From an uncultured virus (IMG/VR IMGVR_UViG_3300031886_000002) (taxonomy: Duplodnaviria; Heunggongvirae; Uroviricota; Caudoviricetes): DNA of 64,000 nt. Below, one piece after another: positions 53,147-61,225 of the stretch (its first letter is position 1; each line of letters opens with the position of its first letter). Below the pieces are notes generated by a model. The model did not search any database, was not told where the DNA came from, and was given only the letters and a program-made list of their open reading frames with translations. The stretch lies in the IMG/VR virus record IMGVR_UViG_3300031886_000002. One strand, given 5' to 3'. A program made the position numbers and the translations under genes.

Positions 53147-53932
53147 TCATTCATCTTCCTCTTCACTTGGTGGCTTTCTACTATCTTTTGATGCCATTGT
53201 TCCTCTTCTAGCACCACCCCTAGTTACACCTAATCTAGTTCCTTTTCTCCTTTTTCTACGCCTAGTTTGTCTTTCAGGTTGTGCAACTTCCCAATTAACT
53301 TGTGTTGCTTCATCATCTTGAATAGTTAGTGTCCTCCTTCTTGCTCCGATTTCTGGGTCCCAATCTTCTATTTTTATCATTCTACCTGTAGAAATAACAT
53401 ATCGATAGCCCGGATTTTGTCTCTCCATATCTTCTTTAATTTCTAATTCAGATTTTCCTGTTTCTAAAGTTAAATCTTTTGGTTTGAAAACGAATTGCTC
53501 TCTAACATCTTTTTCTGCTAATTGCTTAAGTTCTAATGCAAATGCTCCTACATCATTGAATGTTTTTTCTTCTCCCCAATCTTGAATTCCTTTTGCTATA
53601 AACTGTATAAGTCTTGTTCCATCAAGACTCATAATGAAGTCATATCGTGTTCTATTCTCCGCATCTTTTTCACTTCTAAAGGTAAGATAGAAAGAATGTT
53701 CTGAAGTGCTACCAGCAACATGGCCTACTTTAGGTTTTCCTCCTGCTTTACCTTTTCTACCAATCATACCATAATTGTCAGTAATTCTAATATAGGACTT
53801 TCTTCCTGCTGGCCCCCAAACTTCTTTTGCTGCGGTATCAACTATTTTCTTACACATGTTCTTAAAACCCGTAACAGTTCCGGGTATTTCAAACCCTTTA
53901 ATCTGTACTTTAAGTATATTAAACCAATTCAT
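53147..53932 (-). CDS. Hypothetical protein, WxxhhK tag (start reassigned), R-rich tail
   Basis: MNWFNILK from ATG 53932 after a GGTGA RBS. Confidence 0.7.
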   Translation of the reverse strand: MNWFNILKVQIKGFEIPGTVTGFKNMCKKIVDTAAKEVWGPAGRKSYIRITDNYGMIGRKGKAGGKPKVGHVAGSTSEHSFYLTFRSEKDAENRTRYDFIMSLDGTRLIQFIAKGIQDWGEEKTFNDVGAFALELKQLAEKDVREQFVFKPKDLTLETGKSELEIKEDMERQNPGYRYVISTGRMIKIEDWDPEIGARRRTLTIQDDEATQVNWEVAQPERQTRRRKRRKGTRLGVTRGGARRGTMASKDSRKPPSEEEDE

Positions 53933-53937
53933 CTTCT

Positions 53938-54408
53938 TCACCAAAACTCTTCCCACTTATTTAATATTAGTTGTGCATTACCATAATATACACACCTAAT
54001 TCGACCTTCGCTTAATGCTGGAACTCCTACATGTCCTAATTTTGGATTTTCTGGATTTGTTTTACGACATTCTTCAACATATATTTCTATTAACCGTTTT
54101 ATCCCATCTTTTCCTATTCTACTCTCAAGAAATTTCTTCGGTGTGTGTCCTTTTGTTCTACCAGATAACCAATTGTTTGGAGTAGGGTCAAAATCTTCTA
54201 ATACTAATGTTCTCCCAATTGCTTCCTCTAGTTTTTCTATTGAGGGCGCTCCAGATAATCCTGATTCTTCCCATATCTTATTTCTAACAGTATAGTCATA
54301 TGTTTCTCCATCTCCTTGTATAAATAAATCATCAGTATCTCCTAATTCATACTCAAATGATTCTCCTTCATCCCACCATTTAGGTTCTTTCAATACGGAA
54401 AACCACAT
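53938..54408 (-). CDS. Hypothetical protein, WxxhhK tag
   Basis: MWFSVLK. Confidence 0.7.
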   Translation of the reverse strand: MWFSVLKEPKWWDEGESFEYELGDTDDLFIQGDGETYDYTVRNKIWEESGLSGAPSIEKLEEAIGRTLVLEDFDPTPNNWLSGRTKGHTPKKFLESRIGKDGIKRLIEIYVEECRKTNPENPKLGHVGVPALSEGRIRCVYYGNAQLILNKWEEFW

Positions 54409-55364
54409 TACTCTTCTTCCTTAACATGACCCGCTGTAACCAATGGACCATACAAGATTCTTTGTTGCCTATTTAACCTGTTAAAAAGTTCTTTACTTTC
54501 AAACCTAGCATGGGGATTATGTTGTTTACCACTTAATACTTCTTTGACTTTATTTGACAATCTTTCCTTCATTGGTGCTTTACGGAAATTCAATTTGCTA
54601 AGAAACTCCTTGTGTTGAGACCCATATTTTTCAATTGCGCCATGTAATGTAACTGGGTAATCTGTATACCAAGAATTAAATATATTATCTGTTATTCTTG
54701 CATCCATGCTAATCAACTGTTCTTCTGTTAGGTCTCGATAATAATGCTTTTGTTCTTCTTTACTAGCAATAGTATGAATATCTATCATTTTATCCTTACC
54801 TGCCAGATTATCATGTTCTGTGTCAACAACAATACCCTCTATCCAAAGTATAAAGTTATGTAAACTTTGCTTTTTATATCGGTTTAATCCCGGATAATTT
54901 AACAAACTCTTACTTCTTTCATATTTTGAAGATGTTTCTGCTGTGATTGCTAACCATTCTTTTCCCCATGTTTCTTTAGTGTCTGTTCCAGCCGTTGAAC
55001 GATAATACCATTCATCACCTTGTTTCACCCACCCAGTTTCAGAATATTCTCCTGTTAATGAATGTCCAGCATGAATTGCTTCATGACTCGTTATTTCAGT
55101 TATCATTCTCTGTAGTTCAGACTCACTTGGTTCTTCACCATCATTATCTTTCATTAATACCTGCCGCATTGCACCTAAATAAAGATGTATTTCCCTTGAA
55201 CCTTCTTGTGTAGGGCGATAAGATTGACCTTGTATATCTGGTAAATCTACTTGACGCATAGTTCCCATAATACCACTATCCGTGTCATTGTCCTTAAAAC
55301 CAGTATGGACTTCTACATCTATATTAGATTCTGTCATCTTTAATATGTCAAACCAAAGTGGCAT
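54408..55364 (-). CDS. Putative zincin metallopeptidase, WxxhhK tag
   Basis: MPLWFDILK; helix ending in HEAIH with a downstream E. Confidence 0.6.
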   Translation of the reverse strand: MPLWFDILKMTESNIDVEVHTGFKDNDTDSGIMGTMRQVDLPDIQGQSYRPTQEGSREIHLYLGAMRQVLMKDNDGEEPSESELQRMITEITSHEAIHAGHSLTGEYSETGWVKQGDEWYYRSTAGTDTKETWGKEWLAITAETSSKYERSKSLLNYPGLNRYKKQSLHNFILWIEGIVVDTEHDNLAGKDKMIDIHTIASKEEQKHYYRDLTEEQLISMDARITDNIFNSWYTDYPVTLHGAIEKYGSQHKEFLSKLNFRKAPMKERLSNKVKEVLSGKQHNPHARFESKELFNRLNRQQRILYGPLVTAGHVKEEE

Positions 55365-55704
55365 AATATTTCAGTCCATTAAATCTCAAAATTTGGGCTG
55401 GAATTTATTTGGCACTTGCTTTTATTTATTCTTTTATTGCTCGCCATTCCCAGAATAAGGATAACTATTAGAATTAATCATAGTAAAACAAAAAACTAAT
55501 CATTAAACTAGTGTTTGTATCCTTCTATATTTGTATGCCGCGTTTTTATTTATAGGTTTATTCTCATAATTAACCATAGGCTCTCTTGTGCTATGATACC
55601 CTACACGCGCACAGTATATGATTGTTGATGTACCACGCCTAAGATATTACACCAGTAAAACAAAAAAGAAATCATAGGACAAAGCACAAAAAAAATTCTG
55701 CAAA

Positions 55705-56299
55705 GCATATGGTACGAAGTTATCCTCATAGGGAATTAACGCTCATCATTAATCCGATACTCGCTACGCTCGCTAATGATTTACTATCCATATGGTTGGT
55801 GAGACTTATATCTTCGTCGGGTCGGTTACGAAGATTAGGTCGAACCGTTAAATACCCTATTGTTCAGGTTCTGCAGTCCAACCCCGAGAATTTCACCCTA
55901 CCTTCCTTAAAATCATTCTTATCTCTTTAATCCTCGGATAATTCTAATGCGGCTAAGTGCCGCCGGGATTAAAGAGATAACACACCATAGGTGCAGGAAC
56001 ACCCTAGAACCATATGGTCGTGGCGTGAAATATGGAGACGGCTGTTGCATAGTCTTACGCTCTCTATAAAGAGAATATATTAAAAGTAAGACTTGCAACT
56101 TTAGTTCCATGTTTCTAACACTAGGTGTAAGTTCCTGACCTGATGGGGTTAAAACCATATGGTCGTAGACCGGATGGGACTATATCAGTCGGGGTAAAAT
56201 AGAACATCTTACTGTTATATCCATTTGCTAAGCGCAAACGATGTTCATATTTTACCCTTCCCATAAAGGCTTGGTGCTATATGTCACACATCCATATGG
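55705..56299 (+). ncRNA. Hairpin array 1 delimited by CCATATGG palindromes
   Basis: Motif at 55788, 56010, 56155, 56292 (variant GCATATGG at 55705); long stems between the exact copies. Confidence 0.55.
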
Positions 56300-56331
56300 T
56301 TCTATACTTTGTCATTAGAGCCCCCATGTTA

Positions 56332-56493
56332 TTATAACCTTTCATTATAATAGCCTCTGAAACGATTAGAATCAAAGTTAATATTAGTCCTCCCTAATTT
56401 ACCCAATAATACATTAAACTGCTCATCTGTTAGTTTCATTTCTGCTGCCGTTGCTGCTATCCACATAAAATGCCTCCTCTGAAATAGACTCAT
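56332..56493 (-). CDS. 53-aa hypothetical protein (not in ORF track)
   Basis: MSLFQRRHFMWIAA...; ATGA-coupled. Confidence 0.55.
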   Translation of the reverse strand: MSLFQRRHFMWIAATAAEMKLTDEQFNVLLGKLGRTNINFDSNRFRGYYNERL

Positions 56494-56633
56494 TCATATT
56501 CCTCCGGTGTGTATATCTTACGCTTCACCATATCTCTAACCCAAGCATCTTGATTTCTCAATGGCTCTTGAAAATGTATTATTTCACATATCTGCACAAT
56601 TAGCCTTCTTAACTCTTCCTCACAAGGAGTCAT
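56490..56633 (-). CDS. 47-aa hypothetical protein (not in ORF track)
   Basis: MTPCEEELRRLIVQ...; ATGA-coupled on both sides. Confidence 0.55.
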   Translation of the reverse strand: MTPCEEELRRLIVQICEIIHFQEPLRNQDAWVRDMVKRKIYTPEEYE

Positions 56634-56734
56634 TTCATCACCGGCCACTTATTAAAGAAATGACAGTGCTTGCATACTCTACCCATAACAGTAGATTCAC
56701 CACACGCCCTACAATCTATATTATACTGTTGCAT
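56630..56734 (-). CDS. 34-aa Zn-finger microprotein (not in ORF track)
   Basis: MQQYNIDCRACGESTVMGRVCKHCHFFNKWPVMK; TAATG-coupled. Confidence 0.6.
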   Translation of the reverse strand: MQQYNIDCRACGESTVMGRVCKHCHFFNKWPVMK

Positions 56735-57024
56735 TACTTTCCTCTCCCCGCATTTGGGTCAATATCCTCAACATCAGGCTTCTCATCTGATGGGATTATA
56801 TTATCTGGGTGTTCAGAACATAACTCTATTGTATCCAAATCCCATTCTTCTTGAAAACTGCCTTCGTATTCGTTGTCAATTATATCCTCAAACTCATAGA
56901 TAGCATTAACAAACGCTTGAGCATTCATATTAGTTATTGCATCAAATGCCTCTGCTTCAATCCAAACTGTTCTATGATTCCAAATGTTTTCTGAAACCCA
57001 TACTGAAACAAGATACCTATTCAT
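56734..57024 (-). CDS. Hypothetical acidic protein
   Basis: Coupled ORF. Confidence 0.65.
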   Translation of the reverse strand: MNRYLVSVWVSENIWNHRTVWIEAEAFDAITNMNAQAFVNAIYEFEDIIDNEYEGSFQEEWDLDTIELCSEHPDNIIPSDEKPDVEDIDPNAGRGK

Positions 57025-57742
57025 CTCCCATCACCTTCTCAATTGTTACAGGCTCACACTTTGCAGTAGTTTCACTTCTAATAAAGGATATGCAATCAAC
57101 CATGAAAGTAAGGTCACAATCTACTGTGAATGTCTCCAATACAGATTCAATGATTTTTCTTATTGCTCGCATATCAGATAGAGGGACTTCAACAAGTTTT
57201 TCAGTAGCCGCCTTTCTTTCATCAACAGAATCAGCATTGTAAGTTATAACAAAATCAAGCACCCAAGTATTGCGCTTCTTCTCAAATGAAGTAACCATCT
57301 GAAGGTTATCATCATATCTCAAATTTGGATTACCCTCTTTATTGCTCTCTCCTTCCATATTTACAAATGCCATATGGAAAAATTCACCCGGCACTGACTT
57401 CCATTGTTCTACTTCCGTAACTACCTCTTCTCTCCTGTAATAAGCATCTTGATAGTTAGCATTCTTGAATCCATCAACGGCTATTATTGCTTCACTGTTC
57501 CAAGACAATCTAAAGATTTCCTCAGATTCATTATCAATGTATACCGGATATTGGTAAGTAGAATCTGTTTTAATACCAAACCCATAATTATCAGGGTTTA
57601 TCTTATCTCTCCAATGCCAGCGTGAAACTTGGCTTAGTCCTTCACAATGCAATAGGTATGAAACCTGTCTTGCAATATGTTCTACATCATCCCACTCTTC
57701 GGCTTCGTAGGTTATTGTCATATTTCTCTCAAATACTACCAT
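57017..57742 (-). CDS. Hypothetical protein
   Basis: Coupled ORF. Confidence 0.7.
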   Translation of the reverse strand: MVVFERNMTITYEAEEWDDVEHIARQVSYLLHCEGLSQVSRWHWRDKINPDNYGFGIKTDSTYQYPVYIDNESEEIFRLSWNSEAIIAVDGFKNANYQDAYYRREEVVTEVEQWKSVPGEFFHMAFVNMEGESNKEGNPNLRYDDNLQMVTSFEKKRNTWVLDFVITYNADSVDERKAATEKLVEVPLSDMRAIRKIIESVLETFTVDCDLTFMVDCISFIRSETTAKCEPVTIEKVMGDE

Positions 57743-57943
57743 TCACTCATCTCCCAGATTAGTGACATATTCGTTCAATGCTTCTTTAAGGTCAGTCATT
57801 ACTTCATTAAGGTCGTCACCAGATACCCTCAATTTGTTAATGCACAACACAAGACTGCTTCCAGACTTCATGTGTTTAACCTCAAGCACATATTTAGGCT
57901 CGTTTATTTGTTGTATAATAGTTTTATCATCCATTTTACTCAA
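57743..57943 (-). CDS. Hypothetical protein
   Basis: Adjacent ORF in operon. Confidence 0.6.
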   Translation of the reverse strand: MSKMDDKTIIQQINEPKYVLEVKHMKSGSSLVLCINKLRVSGDDLNEVMTDLKEALNEYVTNLGDE

Positions 57944-58053
57944 TCTTAATGCATTGGCGCTCTTTATGAGGAAGTGCAGTCAAAGCACACTACCATATGG
58001 TTTGGCGCACTTTGAAAGCATTAACCCGAATGGTGAGGGGGGCGCACCCCACA

Positions 58054-58617
58054 TCATTCTTCCTCGTTGCCTCCTACGGGGCCATTATCGAGGACATTCG
58101 GGAACCCATCGTCGGTATAGGTTCCATCCCATGTGTATTGCTTATCCTTATTCTTGGAATGAGCATTATACGCGGCGTTCAAGAATAGGCGTTCTTTGCC
58201 TACTACTGATGCGGCGTATTCTGATGCTCCATCTTCCATATTTCGGTAAAAAGCGCCACCTGACTTTCCGTGTAGTCTGGCTGAGGTTCGCACATAGCCC
58301 GAACCTTCAAAGGCTGCGAGGGCATCTGCTTCATAAGCGAGCAGGTATTCCTCAAACCTTGACTTCGTTTCCGAATCCATTAGTGACCTTCGACCCGAAC
58401 CAACGGGTGAAAGTTTGCCCAAGTGGGCGAACATTGACCCTATTGCGGACCAATGCTTCTTGCGTAATTGTGGCTGACCGTCACCGATGGAGAATATACC
58501 ATCTGTTGTGACCTTAATCCCTATGTGGTCGGGATTTGCTTCATACCACTCATCTATATCGGCCTTTCGGCCATTCCATTTATCATCATCCATACTGTAA
58601 TCTACCATATTTTTCAT
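58054..58617 (-). CDS. Hypothetical protein, paralog A (RxHGKSxG...WDGT family)
   Basis: Shares ordered motifs with 59356..59898. Confidence 0.75.
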   Translation of the reverse strand: MKNMVDYSMDDDKWNGRKADIDEWYEANPDHIGIKVTTDGIFSIGDGQPQLRKKHWSAIGSMFAHLGKLSPVGSGRRSLMDSETKSRFEEYLLAYEADALAAFEGSGYVRTSARLHGKSGGAFYRNMEDGASEYAASVVGKERLFLNAAYNAHSKNKDKQYTWDGTYTDDGFPNVLDNGPVGGNEEE

Positions 58618-58710
58618 GTCTCCTGTTTTTCCCCATGTTGTAGGTTTGCGCCCCCACTCATAAGTAATACTAACATTACTCTACTTAAGGTGATTTTACA
58701 AAGTGCAATA

Positions 58711-59277
58711 CCATATGGTCATGTTAATTAATTGACCCGATGGGCTAGCCTTATAAAAGAAAATTGGCATTGGATTGCTTTAGCAATCTTATGTGTGATA
58801 TGTATGCTTGAATTAGCGATAAACGGTCCACCACCATGTGAGATGGACAACGGAGGAATACATCCCTCCTGTCTACTACCAATGGAGTGAACCTATCACT
58901 AATCAAGCACATAATCACCGATTGCCTTCGCTGCCCAATCAGCCAATTTTCTGCTACCATATGGTAAGTATTGGGTGCTCTGCGCGTTATAGGCGAGTAA
59001 GATTGCTGCGAGGTGAACACTTAGTTCACCAAGATAGGCTACTGCAGCAACCTTAGGCGTCTATAAAACCAGTAGAGGTGTGGCGTGACTATGGTTCAGT
59101 GTGGTCACTTACCGGATTGGGGCGTATTCACTACCATATGGTATTAGGTTTTATTTTAACTCATGTTAAAAGGCGTGTAACTTGGTTGTTCTCTGTGTAG
59201 CCTCGCACCAATGGAAAAACGAGCGTTTTTCCTATCACCACTCAATCTACCACAGAAAAACTGCTAAAACCATATGG
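58711..59277 (+). ncRNA. Hairpin array 2 delimited by ACCATATGGT palindromes
   Basis: CCATATGG at 58711, 58957, 59134, 59270; stems in every interval. Confidence 0.6.
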
Positions 59278-59292
59278 TTGTGCTTTGCCTGC

Positions 59293-59306
59293 AACCCCTT
59301 ATAAGG
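59293..59306 (+). promoter_or_regulatory. TATA-like promoter (CCCTTATAAGG)
   Basis: Upstream of 59356; related CCCTTATAGGG at ~61765 upstream of 61805. Confidence 0.45.
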
Positions 59307-59355
59307 AATCGGCGGATAAGACTATTGCCCAAAACGGCGAACAACTAAATGGAAA

Positions 59356-59898
59356 GTGAAAAAAATGGAAGATATTAAGTGGGAATCTGTAAAGATTAAA
59401 GTTAATGGAATGTTTGAGGGAGATGCCGAGTTTGGCAATATCCCTGATGATGTAATCGGAATAGCACAAATGATGCTATCTTCCGGTGATGGAAATGATG
59501 AGACAAGAGATAGTATAACTGCATCTCTAAAGGCAATGTTGAAGGATTACGAAGGTTATCCGTGGAAGAAAGGCAATCAAGGTATTTTGCCTGTTGCTGC
59601 AAAGATAGTAGTTGACAATGCTTGTCAAGAGATTAGGGAGGCTGCAGTAGTCTTCTTTAATTCAACACAACAATATTCGCGCCCTTTGCTGCGAAAGCAT
59701 GGTAAGAGTAGTGGAAGCCCCGTCTATGACGATGCTGAAGATTACGCTAACACGCTTGCAGAAAAGGCACGAAAGACTGCAACAAAACTGTTTAAGAAGG
59801 ATGAAGATGGAAATCAAATCTGGGACGGGACAGTTTCAGGTTTAGAGGCTGCTTGTGCTTGGGAAGAGCCAGCAGACGAAGAAACGGAGAGTGAGTGA
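59356..59898 (+). CDS. Hypothetical protein, paralog B (RxHGKSxG...WDGT family)
   Basis: Shares ordered motifs with 58054..58617. Confidence 0.75.
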   Translation: MKKMEDIKWESVKIKVNGMFEGDAEFGNIPDDVIGIAQMMLSSGDGNDETRDSITASLKAMLKDYEGYPWKKGNQGILPVAAKIVVDNACQEIREAAVVFFNSTQQYSRPLLRKHGKSSGSPVYDDAEDYANTLAEKARKTATKLFKKDEDGNQIWDGTVSGLEAACAWEEPADEETESE

Positions 59899-60409
59899 TT
59901 AACTCACTTTAGTGGCCGGGTTGTGGCAGTTAGTGAGTGCATAGAGCCTTATCTTTTTGAAAGGTAAGGTTCTATGCCTCCAAATTGAGGTTCGATATGA
60001 CAAAGTATATTCAACCATATGGTTGTAATTGAGTCATAATGAGAGGCTGGAGGCGGTGGGCCTCGGCTTTATAAGGAGTACGACTCTCATAGAATCCGTG
60101 AATGAGTTATTCAGGGAATTGACTCACAAAGAGCAACTTCCACCTAAGCACTACATAATGAATGAACTACAATTGTCTTAATTTATTCCGGTGTGAAAAC
60201 TCTACCAAATTTAATATGTGCAATGAGTCCTATATTTATGTATCTCATACGATATATGTCATACACATATCCTTATGGCTTATCCTATATGATATGATAA
60301 GGGCGTAATAAAAGGAATCAATATGACACAGTTTCCAATGTTCTCATTTAGATAAGAACCTAAAGTGTATCAAAATGAAGCACTTCAGAAGGAGAAGTGA
60401 AGTATTATG

Positions 60410-60475
60410 AATATATTCTTATATTCTTATTATTATATTATATTATACACACCTACCTACCTACCTACCTACCCC
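60410..60475. repeat. AT-rich low-complexity tract plus (ACCT)x5 microsatellite
   Basis: atattcttatattcttattattatattatattata followed by acctacctacctacctacctacc. Confidence 0.75.
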
Positions 60476-60640
60476 TCAAGTCCCGCTAGAATATCGAGAA
60501 TCCGAGAATCGGAGTCGAACTGTATCATTATGAATGCTTTTAAGCGATTAACTGTATCATTCTGATATTCCACCGGGGTAGAATCAGGTGATAACATTCA
60601 CAGAATATTCCTAAATACAATTATTTAGGAGGTAACAAAC

Positions 60641-61225
60641 ATGAAATGGACAAAGAAAGATATAACACGACTAACAAAGTTGTGGAAGAAAGGAGATAAA
60701 CTAAAGATGATAGCAGTAAAGATGGGGAGAACGACACCATCAATAGTGTCTAAAGTAGCAGACCTACAAAGGAAGGGAGAACTTCCATATAGACACAAAG
60801 ATGGTGGAAAAGGTAAAGCAGACGATACAGGGACAGTTATCTTGAAAAGAACACATCTTTTGGGACAAAAGATGAACCCAGACCAAAGGAAATGGGTGAA
60901 TAACCCAGCAAAAGATTGGGATAAACTCAGTGAATACGTTGAGAAACAACGCCCCACACTAGGACACACAACCATTAGAATCATGGATGTGTGTGATGAA
61001 ATCAAAGCCTTCCTAGTTGCTAAGAATCAAGCATATGGAGATTCAGCATTACAACCAATAAGGATATTCTCAAAGTCTGATGCTTCAGAACAACTGAAGG
61101 TTAGAATTGATGATAAGTTGAATAGACTCATGCAAGGAAATGATTCAATAGAAGCAGATGAAGATGTAGTAAAAGACCTAATAGGTTATCTTGTACTTCT
61201 TCTGATTCAGATGAAGGAAGAATAG
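60641..61225 (+). CDS. N-terminal HTH fused to a nucleotide-modification-associated (DUF1599/Nmad1-like) domain
   Basis: MKWT...IAVKMGRT HTH; KNQAYGDS...RIDDKLNRL...DLIGYLVL. Confidence 0.7.
   Translation: MKWTKKDITRLTKLWKKGDKLKMIAVKMGRTTPSIVSKVADLQRKGELPYRHKDGGKGKADDTGTVILKRTHLLGQKMNPDQRKWVNNPAKDWDKLSEYVEKQRPTLGHTTIRIMDVCDEIKAFLVAKNQAYGDSALQPIRIFSKSDASEQLKVRIDDKLNRLMQGNDSIEADEDVVKDLIGYLVLLLIQMKEE

Noticed and set aside
2930..55213. Many short plus-strand and nested ORFs across the late region
   Set aside because: They overlap long, coupled minus-strand genes and have shadow-frame composition
55709..56158. ORFs 55709..55930 and 55919..56158
   Set aside because: Their starts are the ATG inside the palindrome, with no RBS; the region is better explained by inverted repeats
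57762..59056. ORFs 57762..58511, 57997..58188, 58468..58731, 58751..59020, 58838..59056
   Set aside because: Antisense to paralog A or lying within the hairpin array; implausible composition
55705..60025. CRISPR array interpretation of the CCATATGG repeats
   Set aside because: Repeat is only 8-10 bp, intervals are 136-246 nt and self-folding, and no cas genes are visible
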